From the human T2T-CHM13v2.0 reference genome, Homo sapiens: a DNA stretch of 64,000 nucleotides. A program made the translations under genes and the position numbers. Shown one piece after another: positions 1-14,417 of this stretch. The notes beneath the pieces are model-generated. The model was not told the origin of the DNA and made no database searches. It saw only the letters and a program-made list of their open reading frames with translations. The DNA lies in assembly GCF_009914755.1 (NCBI RefSeq), contig NC_060947.1. One strand, given 5' to 3'. Each line of letters starts with the position of its first letter. Within the stretch, counting starts at the first letter, position 1.

Positions 1-174
1 ATTTTCCAAAGACACCTCTACAAGAAAATCATTAGAATTCTAAATCTGCATCGCAAATACACTAAAAATATCTCCTCAACAACTCAAAATAATCTATAAC
101 TGTTTATATGTCCATGTTGGAAATTCAAAGAAGCCAAAAAATTCTTCCACCAAATCAACTATGCACACGATTTT

Positions 175-250
175 TTCTCTCTCTGTCTCTCTCTCTTTCA
201 ATCTCTTTCTCTCTCTTTCTCTCTTTCTGTGTGTGTGTTTGTGTGTGTGT
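175..250. repeat. (TC)n/(TG)n compound microsatellite
   Basis: Directly visible tctctc... run followed by tgtgtg... Confidence 0.9.
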
Positions 251-550
251 TTTAATGAGCATATTCTCTTGAGTCCTGTTTCTCTAAATCACACCAACAG
301 ATTGAGCATCCAAAGAAATTTTAACTGGAACCCTCCAAGGCACATCTATTGTACTTTGTATTGAAGGTATATAGCATAGGATAGTACAGTTCTTCCCATT
401 ATACACTGCACTTTAAACTAAAAAAAATATTAATACTGTTCTTAGTCCTTACTAGTATCATCTTCATTTTTGTGTTTTGTATGTGTGAGGGTGTCTGTGG
501 AGTTTGCAGTTCTGACTTGCTTTCCTGATGAAAAATGGACAGAACCATTT

Positions 551-1916
551 TTTTAAATTTCCAACTTTTAAGTTTAGGGGTACATGTGCAGGTGTGTTAC
601 ATAGGTAAACATGAGCCATGGTGGTTTGCTGCACTTCCCACTACCCAGGTATTAAGCTGAGCATCCATTAGCTATTCTTTCTGATCCTCTCCCTCCTCCA
701 ACACCATACCTTCCAACAGGCCCCAGTGTGTGTTGTCCTCCCACAATGTGTCCATGTGTTCTTATTATTTATCTCTCACATATAAGTGAGAACATGCTGT
801 GTTTGTTTTTCTGTTCCTGCATTAGTTTGCTAAGGATAATGGACTCCATCTCCGTCCATGTCTCTGCAAATGTCATGATCTTGTTCCTTTTTTCATGGCT
901 GCATAGTATCTCATGGTATATATGTATCACATTTTCTTTATCCAGTCTATCATTGATGGTCATTTGGGTTGATTCCATGTCTTTGCTATTGTGAATAGTG
1001 CTGCAATGAACATATGCATGCATGTATCTTTGTAACAGAATGATTTATATTCCTTTGGGAATATACCCAGTAATGGGACTGCTGGGTCAAATAGTATTTC
1101 TGACTCTAGGTCTTTGAGGAATCATCACAGTGTCTTCCACAATGGTTGAACTAATTTACTCTCCCCTCAACAGTGTGAAAGTGTTCCTTTTCCTCCACAA
1201 CCTCGCCAGTATCTGTTGTTTCTTGACGTTTTAATGATAGCCATTCTGATTGGCATGAGATGGTATCTCATTGTGGTTTTGATTTGTATTTCTCTAATGA
1301 TCAGTGATGTTGAGCTTTTTTTCATGTATTTGTTGGCTACATGTATGTCTTCTTTTGAAAAGTGTCTGTTCACGTCATTTTCCCACTTTTTAATGGGATT
1401 GTTTGTTTTTTTTCTTGTAAATTTGTTTAAGTTCCTTGTAGACTCTGGATGTTAGATGTTGGTCAGATAAATATATTGCAAAAAGTTTCTCCCATTCTGT
1501 AGGTTGTCTGTTCACTCTGATGATAGTTTCTTTTGCTTTGCAGATTTTTAGTTAAATTAGATCCCTTTTGTCCATTTTTTCTTTGTCGCTCTTGATTTTA
1601 GCACTTTCGTCATGAAATCTTTGCCCGTGCCTATCTCCTGAATGGCATTGCCTAGGTTTTCTTCTAGGGTTTTTATAGTTTTGCGTTTTGCATTTAAGTA
1701 TTTAATCCATCTGGAGCTGATTTTGTATATGGTGTAAGGAAGGAGCCCAGTTTAAATATTCTGCATATGGCTAGCCAGTTCTCCCAGCACCATTTATTAA
1801 ATAGGGAATCCTTTTCCCCATTGCTTGTTCTTGTCACGTTTGTCAAATATCAGATAACTGTAGGTGTGTAGTCCTATTTGTAGGTTCTCTATCTGTTCCA
1901 TTAGTCAATGTGTCTG
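551..1916 (-). mobile_element. 5'-truncated LINE-1 (old L1PA13-16-like), ORF2 end plus 3' UTR
   Basis: Minus ORFs match L1 ORF2 C-terminus ([10 protein letters not shown]...); 11-bp TSD cagaaccattt at 540-550 and 1917-1927. Confidence 0.92.
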
Positions 1917-2098
1917 CAGAACCATTTCTAAGAGACAAATTGAGGTCCCGTGCTTTTGCAGTGACTGCAGAGATTCTGGTACTCACTTTTGCCAAGAAAT
2001 AATGAAGTAGGTTTGTATGTTGATGCTATTTTAAATAATGCATTGTTCTATAATCAATTCTATATATATTAATTCCTTACCTCTATCAGCCCCTGTCT

Positions 2099-2387
2099 TT
2101 TTTTTATTGTTTAGAGAAATTTTTATTACAAAAACAAACAGGGAAATACAGGAAAAGCAAATTTTACATCCATGCTTTATAAAAGTAAATACAACGCCCT
2201 AAGTAAAATATTAACTAAGTAAAACCAACAGTAAATGTGTAACTATAGGAGGAACAAATAGCGTTTATCCCAGGAATGCACAGATGTTTCACATTAAAAA
2301 AACTCTCATTATAACTCATTATATTAGGAGATTAAGAAGGAAAATACATACAATGAAATAAGTCAATTCTGGTAAACTATTTTTTTT
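2099..2387 (-). mobile_element. Short retroposed fragment (orphan transduction or mRNA 3' end)
   Basis: 11-bp TSD agcccctgtct at 2088-2098 and 2388-2398; poly(T) at left end; minus-strand AATAAA near 2122-2127. Confidence 0.65.
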
Positions 2388-2759
2388 AGCCCCTGTCTAA
2401 CTCACCTTTGCATCCTTGGCAGTGCTTAGACCAGTGCTTAGCCTGTTACAAAGAGGAGACTCAATATAATTTTTGAATTGAATTGAACCCATTAGTCATT
2501 AGCAATTGTTTATCTCTGGGAAGAAACAAGGAGAAAAATAAGTGGAAAATTAAGGGGAAACTATTCTGCTTATGCTACTTCATTATTTTAATTCACCAAT
2601 CAACAAATCTCCATTGAGCTTTTTTTATGTGCCCGACTCTCTGCTATGTAGAACATACAGAAATATGAAGGATACCATCTACCCTAAAGATGTTTAAAAT
2701 CTTCTGCAATAGAATTATTTGTTCAGTCTACATAGAATGGTGTTAGTTTTACACTCCCT

Positions 2760-2957
2760 ATTTAATTTGATCCCATAAAGCCTCTATATTCATCTGGGTA
2801 GAGTTCTCAGCTCCTACTGACAGATGAAGAAACTGAGATTCTAAGGGGTTAAGACTTACCCAGTCACACACCTTGGGAGGTAGCAGGGCTTGGGCCAGAA
2901 TGTAAGTCTACCTTAACTCTAAATTTAGTTTTCTATCCACCGCACCATGCTGCCTCA
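2760..2957 (-). mobile_element. MIR SINE
   Basis: MIR core acagatgaagaaactgag...aagacttacccagtcacac, ends ccatgctgcctc. Confidence 0.75.
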
Positions 2958-3604
2958 GTATATAACAGGTGTCCCTTGCCTTTCACTACCAGTATCATAT
3001 ATTATCAGTAACAGTCTGAAAATGTGACCTTATAGTGCTTGCCATTTGAGGCCTCCATCTCACTAAGGTATTTCATGTAAACCAATACCAACGCCATGAA
3101 ATTTTCCAAAGTAGACCATGAGTTTGTAAGAGAGATCCCATATATAGTCATGAGGACACTTTCTTTTTAGTTACAACATAGCTACACATAGCCCCAGTGG
3201 TCAAGACAATGTTCCTTGTTTTGAGTAAATGGAGACAACTTCAGCCTTGCTGGATTAATGAAGAAAATAACCAATTATATCTTGGAATGAGGACCCAGTT
3301 AGTGTTCCTTATCTCTGTATTAATCTTTGAGATAGTCTAGAGTAACTGTTATAAACACAGACTTTGGGGTCTTTCTCAGAAGTTTCTCAGCAGACTTTCC
3401 TTGGTGTCTTGTTGGCCCATATGCTCATTCTTAAATCAATTATTGGCAAAGGAAGTGGAAGTCCCATGATTGGCTTAGCCTATTCAAAGGTCATTCTTAG
3501 GTCTGGGGAAATACCAGGTTTTGTAGGGTAAACAAAATTGGGTTTCTTGTAACTAGGAAGAAGAATGGGAATAACTATATGGGAGGCAACTAACAATCCA
3601 CCTA

Positions 3605-4351
<747 letters not shown>

Positions 4352-4864
4352 AACTTTGGAACATTTTAAGCAGAGAAACTATGCAGAAATTATTATTTTA
4401 GGCTTCAGTTTTAGAGAGCTTTACATTTTGTATATGAGTCACTTTCATTATAATGCTTGTTTACTTGCATTATTATAATGTAAGCATTATAATAATGCTT
4501 GATCATACCAAGAAAATTAACATATTCATCACCTGAAATATTTACCTTGTGAGTGTCTGTTGGGAGTATTGAAAAGTCACTCTTCTAGCTAGTTGAATAT
4601 ATACATTAAATTATTGATGTAGCACCCTATAGTGCTATAGAACACTAGAGCATATCCTTTCTATCTAGCTGTACTTTAGTTTCCATTTACCAACATTTGG
4701 TTACCTCTCCTTAAATTGTTTCATAAAAGCTTTTTAACAGCAAGAAATTTTGGTCAAAGTTTTTCTTTGTTTTGTTTTTGTTTTTTCCCTTGGAAGAAGA
4801 TATGCTTTACTAATCACAGCCAACATTAAAAAAAAAACCCACTAAATGCTCAATTTAGCTTTAA

Positions 4865-5207
<343 letters not shown>

Positions 5208-6005
5208 AAGAGTATATCTTAAAGTAGCAACATTTTACCTATCTGCAGGTCACACTGGTAACAGCTTCTGCTTCTGTTTAATTTCGTAACCCAGGAAAGA
5301 AAATTTTGCTCTTACTCATGGCTCAAATTCATTACCTTAATGTGGAATCTCCTCCCTTACCTCTAAGAGGAGTAAAGTGGAAAATACAGGTTGAGTAACA
5401 AGGAATAAAGTGGGGACCAAGCTCCTAAGGATTCAGAATGCTTTCTCTAAAGCAGATTATCCAGCCTGGCATAAGAGCATTTTTATTCAAAATGGGTTCT
5501 GTCAAAGCTGAAGCAATCTCTTTAAGTAGAGATTTAAATATATTAATATTGAGTTAGGACCTTTGTACAAGTTCAAAAATTTAGAAGCACATGAGTAGGG
5601 CCTGCTAGCAGAAGCCAAGAACATATACAGAGTCCAGTTTAAAAGGCTCTTTCTGTAAGCAAATATAATCCTTTCACTATGAATGTCATGGCGTTTCACA
5701 GGCTGATATTCAACTGGTAACCAGAGAAAGAACTGGTGTTACCAGATGAGTGATAGATTACTATTGTGATATCTATCAATCAAAGAAAGAGTACCTTATA
5801 TTTTTTCTTGTAGTATTATCAGAATTTTCTCTTAGATGGACCAACTTGCTGGGGCAGGACAGTGGATTTAGGAAGACTCCACAGTAGACAGGGGAAGTTA
5901 GGACATGTAAGCAAAATGACTGAGGGGTAAAGCAGTAGGAGTCAGAGGTCAGCATTGGAGAGGCCCATGAGCAGTTCATGAAGACTAGCTGCTCGTATAA
6001 CTTAC

Positions 6006-6109
6006 ATTGTTCAATCTGTATTTCAGCTGGGTTATTGAATAATGGGCCTTTGCCCCTTCGTCTTTGTATGTTGCATTTTCTATTGCGTCAAATGTCAATA
6101 TTCCAAAAT
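6006..6109 (-). pseudogene. Candidate exon, 104 nt, phase 1-0: (D)FGILTFDAIENATYKDEGAKAHYSITQLKYRLNN
   Basis: Acceptor ctagtcctttag, consensus donor AAT|gtaagt, open in this frame; link to upstream exons not established. Confidence 0.45.
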
Positions 6110-6384
6110 CTAAAGGACTAGAGTATCAATAAGGAAAGGCCAATGAGACAGGGGTCCAATTCTAGGATGTAAGGAATTATAGAACTGATCTTTTTGATCA
6201 GAGTAGGCCTAACAATGAGCCTGATGATGCTGTTTCACCAGATTCAGGCTACTATATTGATCTTAAAAACTTCATAATAAATGAATAGAACCTCCTGGTA
6301 GAATATTATTTGATAGACCAACCAAAAAATTAAGGGGCTTTTCCTTTCATTAAGTTTTCTCCCATTAAAACATCTTAGCCCCAG

Positions 6385-9300
6385 AGGGAGGAGCCAAAAT
6401 GGCCTATTGGAAGCAATTGCAGTCCCTGGCACTCACAGAGAGAAATGAAAGGAGGGAGTGAATTCAGCACCTTCAACTAAGATACCTGGGTTCTCACATT
6501 GGGACTGACTTAGGCAAACAACTGGACTCATGAAGAGCGAAGAGAAGCAGGGTGGGGTGATGGCCCAACCAGGAATGGCATGGAGCCAAGGGAACCCCCA
6601 CCCCCAGCCAAGGGAAGCAGTGAGTGATTGTGTGACCCCACCCAAGAAACCACACTTCTCCCATAGGTCTTTGCAACTCAAGGATCATCCTCTTGTGAGC
6701 CCACGCCACCCAGGCCTTGGGTCCAATACATAGAGCTGTGTGGAGTCTCAGCAGAGTGGTCCCCCAGGCACACACAGAGTTTTGCATATTCCAGCCCCAG
6801 GATGTTCGTCAAGGTGAGAGATCCTTCCATGCATGTCCCTAGGAAGGGGGCTGAGTCTGGGGAGCCAAATGGTATTGTTCTGTGAGCCCCAATTCCACAG
6901 TGCCTTGCAGATTGAGAACCACTATCTTGGAGTTTCAGCTGGACAATGGCAGCAGGCTAGAGTCTGCCTGAGTCTCAGCAGAGTTTCTCAGGGGAGAGGC
7001 AGCCATCATCTCTGTAGTTCAGTAGGCTTAGTTCTTTCAGCCTGCAGATTTTGAAGAATACAGGTGATACAGACAAGGAGGGGCCCCCACAGCGCAGCAC
7101 AGCTGCCTTGCCAGATCGTGGCCAAACTACTTCTTTAAGAGGTCATACCCTGATATATTTCTCCTCACTGGGCGAGGCCTCCCTGTGAGGGCTTCAGCCA
7201 CTCCAGCAAGGATTCTACAGACAGAGCTCTGATCTCTCCCAGGGATGAAGCTCCTGGGGGGAAGGGCAGCCACATCTCAGTGGTTTGGTAGACTCGGCCA
7301 TTCCACCCTGGTGGCTTTGGAGAACACAAACAGTCCAGACAAGGCAAGGTCCTGCCCAGTGCAGTGAACTTGCTCTTCCAAAGGACAGCCAGACTACTTC
7401 TTTGTGCAGGTCCTTGATTCCATTCCTCATGACTAGGTGAGACTTCCCAGAAGGGGTCTTCAGCCACCTCCTACAGGTGCTTTTGGGCTGTCCACAAGTC
7501 AGTGTGCCCATGGGATGGAATTGCCAGAGGAAGGACAAGGCTGCTATCTTTGCTGTTTCACAGCCTTCACTGGTGATACCTCCAGGTATGGGAAAAAGGA
7601 AGGCAACTAGGGTCTGAAGCAGACCCCTAGCAAACTGCAGCAGCCCTACAGAAGAGTGGCCTGGCTGATTAAAAATGAACAACAACAAAAACAAAAAGCC
7701 AGAAAGGAACAACAACATCAATATCAACAACAAAAAGAAAACCCTCAAAAAAACATTCAAAGGCCGGCAACCTCAAAGATTGCAAGTAAATAAGCCCAAA
7801 AAGATGAGAAAAAAAATCAATGCAAGAATGCTGAAAACTCAAGAAGCCAGAGTGCATTTCCTTTTCCAAATGACTACAACACCTCTTCAACAAGGGCACA
7901 GAATTTGGTTGAGGAAGAGATGGCTGAATTGACATAATTACACTTCAGAATGTGGGTAATAACATACTTTGCTAAGCTAAAGGAGTATGTTGTAACCCAA
8001 TGCAAAGGAGCTAAAGCTGATAATAGAAAAAGTATAGGCACTAGTAGCCACAATAGCTGATTTAATAGGGGAGCATGACAGACCTGATGGAGCTGAAAAA
8101 CACAAAACAAGAACATCACAATGCAATCACAAGTATCAATAGCAGAATAGACCAAGCAGAGGAAAGAACCTCAGAACTGGAAAAATATCTTTCTGATGTA
8201 AGACAGATAGACAAGAATGAAGAAAAAAGAATGAAAAGGGATGAACAAAACCTCTGAAAACTATGGGATTATGTAAACAGACTGAACCTATTCTTGATTA
8301 GGGTACCTGAAAGAGACAGTAAGAATGGAACCAAGTTGGAAAACATACTTCAGGATATCATACAGGAGATCTCCCCCAACCTAGAAAGACAGGCCAACAC
8401 TCAAATTCAGGAAATTCAGAGAACCCCGGCAAGGTACTCCACAAGAAGATCAATCCCAAGACACATAAGGATCACATTCTCCAGGGTCAAAATGAAATAA
8501 AAAATGGTAAGCACAGCCAAAAGAAAGGCCAGGTTACCTATGAAGGGAAGCCCATCAGACTAACAGCAGACCTCTCAGTGGAAACCCTGCAAGGCAGAAG
8601 AGATTGGTGGCCAGTATTTAGCATTCTTAAAGAAAAGAATTCCCAAACCAGAATTTCATATCCAGCCAAACTAAGCTTCATAAGCAAAGGAGAAATAAAA
8701 TCCTTTTCAGATAAGCAAATACCAATGGAATTTGTCACCACAAGGCCTGCCTTGCAAGAGCTCTTGAAGGGAGCAATAAATATGGAAAGGAAAAACATTA
8801 CCAGCCACTACAAAAACACACTGAAGTACACAGACCGGTGATACTATGAAGCAACCACATAAAGAAGTCTGCAAAATAACCAGCTAGCATCATGATGACA
8901 GGATCAAATTCATACCTAACAATACTAACCTTAAATGTAAATGGGCTAAATGCTCTAATTAAAAGACACAGAATGGGAAGCTAGATAAAGAGACAAGACT
9001 CATAGGTATTCTGTCTTCAAGAGACTGGTCTCACTTGCAAAGACACACATAAGCTCAAAATAAAGGAATGGAGGAAAATTTACTAAGAAAATGGAAAACA
9101 CACAAAAAGCAGGGATTGAAATTCTAGTTTAAGGCATTACATAATGTTAAAAGAGTCAATTCAACAAGAGGAGCTAACTATTCTAAATATATATGCACCC
9201 AATACAGGGGCACCCAGATTCATAAAGCAAGGTCTTAGGGACCTACAAATAGACTTAGACTCCCACACAAAAATAGTGTGAGACTTTAACACCCTACTGG

Positions 9301-12300
9301 CTATATTAGACAAATCATCAAGAGAGAAAATTTAAAAAGATATTGAGAACCTGAACTCAGCTCCGGATCAAGCGAACCTGATAGATATAAACAGAACCTT
9401 CCTCCCCAAAAAAACAGAATATATACTATCATCGCCACATAGCACCGACTATAAAATTCATCACAAAATTGGAAGTAAAAGATTCATTAGCAAATGCAAA
9501 AGAACTGAAATCATAATAAACAGTCTCTCAGATCACAGCATAATCAAATTAGAACTCAAGATTAAGAAATTCACTCAAAACCTCACAACTGCATGGAAAT
9601 TGAACAACCTGCTCCTGAATGACTCCTGGGTAAATAATAAAATTAAGGCAGAAATAAAGAAGTTATCTGAAACTAATGAGAACAAAGAGACAATGTACCA
9701 AAATCTCTGGGATGCAGCTAAAGCAGTGTTGTTAAGAGGGAAATTCATAGCACTAAATGCCCACATTAAAAAGCTAGAAAGATCTCAAGTTAACAACCAA
9801 ACATCTCAACTGAAAGAACTATAGAACCGAGAGCAAACACACCCAAAGGCTACCAGAAGACAAGAAATAACCAGGATCAGAGATGAACTCAAGGAGATAG
9901 AGACATAATAAACCATTCAAAAATTCAACAAATCTAGGAGATTAAAAAAAATAAAATAGATAAACTGCTAGCTAGATTAATGAAGAAGAAAAGAGAGAAG
10001 AATCAAATAAACACAATCAAAATGATAAGGGGGATATCACAACTGAACCCGCATAAATACAAACAACAAACAGAGAATACTATAAACACCTCTCTGAACA
10101 TAAACTAGAAAATCTAGAAGAAACAGATACACTTCTGAACACATACACACTTTCAAGTGTGAAACAGGAGGAAATTGAACCCCTGAATGTACCAAAAATG
10201 AGTTCTGAAATTGAGGCAGTAATAAACAACATACCAACCAAAAAAGGCCCAGGACCAGAGAGGATACACAGCTGAATTCTAACAGAGGTACCAAGAAGAG
10301 CTGGTATCATTTCTACTGAAACTATTCAAAAAAAAAAAAAATGAAAAGGAGGGACTCCTTCCTAACTCATTCTATGAGGCCAGCATAATCCTGGTACCAA
10401 AATTTGGCAGAGATACAATACAACAACAACAAAAAAAGAAAAGTTCAGGCCAATATCCTCAATGAACATCAATGCAAAAATTCTCGATAAAATACTGGCA
10501 AACCGAATCCAGCAGTATATCAAAAAGCTTATCCACCACAACCAAGTTGGCTTCATCCCGAGATGCAAGGTTGATTCAACATATGCAAATCAATAAATGT
10601 GATTCATCACATGAACAGAACTAAAGACAAAAACCACATGACTCTCTCAATAGATGCAGAAAAGGCCTTCAATAAAATTCAACATCCCTTTATGATAAAA
10701 ACTCTCAATAAACTAGGTATTGAAGGATCATACCTCAAAATAATACAAGCCTCATATGACAAACCCACAGCCAAAATCATACTGAATGTGCAAAAGCTGG
10801 AAGCATTCCCCTTGAAAACTGGGAAAAGACAAAGATGCCCTCTCTCACCACTCCTATTCAACGTAGTATTGAAAGTTCTGGCCAGGGCAATCAGGCAAGA
10901 GAAAGAAATAAAGCGTATTCAAATAGAAAGACAGAAAGTCAAATTATCTTTGTTTGCAGATTACATGATGCTATAACTAGAAGACTCCATCATCTCAGCC
11001 AAAAACTTCTTGGCTGATAAGCAACTTCAGCAAAGTGTCAGTATACAAAATCAATGTGCAAAAATCACTAGCATTCCTATACACTAATAGGCAAGCAAAG
11101 AACCAAATTATGAATGAACTCACATTCATGATTGCTACAAAGAGAATAAAATACCTAGGAATACAGCGAACAAGAGACATAAAAAACCTCTTCAAGGAGA
11201 ACTACAAATCACTGCTCAAAGAAATCAGAGAGAACACGAAAAAATGGAAAAACATTCCAGGCTCATAGATAGGAAGAATCAATATTGTGAAAATGGATAT
11301 ACTGCCCAAAGATATTTATAGATTCTATGATATTCCTATTAAACTACCATGAACATTCTTCACAGAAGTAGAAGAAACTATTTTAAAATTCATATGGGAC
11401 CAGAAAAGAACCAGAATAGCCAAGAAAATCCCAAACTATTTAGATTAGCTTAATCTAATCTAAAGATTAAAGAACAAAGCTGTAGATATCAATCTAACTG
11501 TCTTCACACTATTCCACAAGGCTACAGAAACCAAAACAACATGGTACTGGTACAAGAACAGACACATAGACCAATGGAACAGAGTAGAGAACACAGAAGT
11601 AAGACCTCACACTTACAACCATATGATCTTTGACAAATCTGAGAAAAAAAATGGGAAAAAGATTCCCTATTTAATAAATGATGCTGGGAGAGATGGGTAG
11701 CCATATGCAGAAAATTGAAACTAGACCCCTTCCTTACACCTTAAATAAAAATTAACTCAAGATGGATTAATCACTTAAATGTAAAACCCAAAACTTTATA
11801 AACTCTAGAAGAAAATGTAGGCAATGCCATTCAGGACATAGGTAGGGGCAAAGATCTTGTGAGGAAAATGCCAAAAGTAATTGTGACAAAAGCAAAAATT
11901 GACTAATGGCATCTAATTAAACTAAAGAGCTTCTGTAAAGCAAAAGAAAATATCATCAGAGGAGGAACAGACAACCTACAGAACGGGAGAAAATTTTTGC
12001 CATCCATCCATTTGACAAAGGTCTAATATCCAGAGTCTACAAGGAACTTAAACAAATTTACAAGAAAAAAAAAACATTAAAAAGCAGGCAAAGGAATTGA
12101 ACAGACCTTCCCAAGAGAAGACATACATGCGGCCAAGAAGCATGAAAAAATCTTAACATCACTGATTATTAGAGAAATGCAAATCAAAAGCACAATGAGA
12201 TTCCATCTCACACCAGTCAGAATAGTGATTATTAAAAAGTCAGAAAACAACAGATGCTGGTGAGATTGTAGAAAAAAGGAATGCTTTCACACTGTTGGTG

Positions 12301-12926
12301 AAAGTGTAAATTAGTTCAACCATTGTGGAAGAGAGTGTGGTGACTCCTCAAAGACCAAGAGGCAGAAATACCATTTGGCCCAGCAATCCCATTACTAGGT
12401 ATATACCCAAAGAAATATAAATCATTCTATTATAAAGATACATGCATATGCATATTCATTGCAGCACTGTTCATAATAGCAAAAACGTTGAATCAAACAA
12501 AATGTCCATCAATGATATACTGGATAAAGAAAATATGGTACATATACACCATGGAATACTATGCGGCCATAAAAGGAAACAAGATCATGTCCTTTGCAGG
12601 GACATGGATGGAACATGAAGTCATTATCCTTAGCAAACTAATGCAGGAAGAAAAAAACAAACATCACATGTTCTCACTTATAAGTGGGAGGTGAATGATG
12701 AGAACAAGAACACATGGACACACTGGGAGGAACAACCCAGACTGGGGCCTGTGGGGGATTGGGGGATGGAGAGCATCAGGAAGAATAGGCAACAGATGCT
12801 GGGCTTAATACCTAGGTGATGGGATGACCCGTGCAGCAAACCACCATGGCACATGTTTACATAGGTAACAAGCCTGCATATCTGGCACAGGTACACCTGA
12901 ACTTAAAATGAAAGTTGAAAAAAAAA
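6385..12926 (+). mobile_element. Full-length decayed LINE-1 (L1PA13-16-like): 5' UTR, ORF1 (~7800-8840), ORF2 (~8890-12700), 3' UTR, poly(A)
   Basis: Starts gggaggagccaaaatggcc; many ORF fragments match ORF1p and ORF2p (EN, RT 'LSLFADY'); no TSD found. Confidence 0.95.
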
Positions 12927-14385
12927 GGAATATAAAAGTGAAATAACTTATCAACTGAAAAAAATACTTTTTTATTTTTGACCTTGAATCCTCCATTCCA
13001 AATGCAGAAATAAATCTACCTCCTTTGCTTTGTGATTCATTTAGGAAATAATACTATTTTATTAGAAAATTCATAGCTTTTCTCCCTTTCTATATGTTTA
13101 TCATTAGACAGACTCTCCCATCTTCATTCATATCCAACCCAGCAAGTACTTGAGAGTGTGTGGAGGGAGCAGTTAGCCACAAAGCTTAATGAAATTTCAG
13201 TCCACTCCTTTTTCTCCTTTTTTCTAGACATATCCCAAGGAGGAACTATTGTCTGCACCTCTTTTCTTTCCAGCTTGTTTCTCCTTGACTTCCCCCTCCC
13301 CATACATTGCCTGCCAGAAGAGTACATAGGGTAGGCTTTCTTCATGTGTACAAAAGCATCATGTCAATCACTGAGGGCCCAACTGAGACTCCTTGCCTCA
13401 ATCTCAGTGTCCATTAGTATTTTAAGCAGTTATGATGAGGAGAGTTCCATCAGAACTACAAACCTTTGTATGTCCTTCCTGCCACTTGTGTGACTTATGC
13501 TTGATATTGGTACTCTCTGCACATAGATTTGGATGCTGGACCCCCTAGTCTTTATATGCTTCTCCTCCCCTTATGGCAAGAGTTAGTATAGCTAAACCTG
13601 TTTACCATTTCACGGCCTTACTACCTGTAAAAGGGATGTTTGCTTAGGCAAGAGGAATCTGTACTTTTGCATTATGTATTTTCTACTAGAAAGTCTGGGA
13701 GCTGATGCTTCTGCTTCTCTATGATTTTCCCTTTCCTTGCTGGTGGCCTGATATTTATCAATATAATTTTATTAAAATTGGTGGGTATATTTTAGAGATA
13801 GAGAAAATAAATTTGGGTAAAAAAATCTAAGTTGTGAGTTCTATTGGTTCCTAATCGCACAGAAAAAAACCCAAACCTCCAATTAAAGGTCCTGACATGA
13901 CCAAACATCTATATAAAGACAAGATTATTGTTACAAATGTACTTGTGCCTTCTCAGGGAAGGTACTACCAAAATAGCTATGTTTGAAGGATTTGATCTTT
14001 TGAAAACAGACAGCAAAAGAATGGGACCTCATAGAATCATGAAATGTCAGAGCTGGCAGTGACCTTAGAAGCTTGGTTCATCTTTCCCTCTGGCTGTCTA
14101 GCAAAGGAGTACCTTGCACAAAGTTCCTAGTCAGTTAGCAGGAAAGCAAGACTGGAAGTTCCTGTTCCCTCAGCTTCACACAGGGCTCTTTCTACTGCAC
14201 TCTGCAACCTCCTGGCTTTATCGTCTCTCTCTGACCCAGTTGTTACTCCTTCCTCCACAAAAAAACTTTTTACAGATAATCAAACAAAAAAATAATTAAT
14301 GCCTTTCTCTATGCTATATCATTTTCTTTTTCTTTTTTTATAATCAGTTTTTCATTTCAGGAATTTCCTCTTGATGGAGGGTTTT

Positions 14386-14417
<32 letters not shown>

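Noticed and set aside
6385-6900. L1 antisense promoter driving the exon at 6109-6006
   Set aside because: Antisense promoter activity is established for young L1PA elements; this copy is old and CpG-depleted, with no evidence in the sequence
7060-7540. Imperfect ~270-bp internal repeat
   Set aside because: Lies in the old L1 5' UTR and is probably a feature of that subfamily
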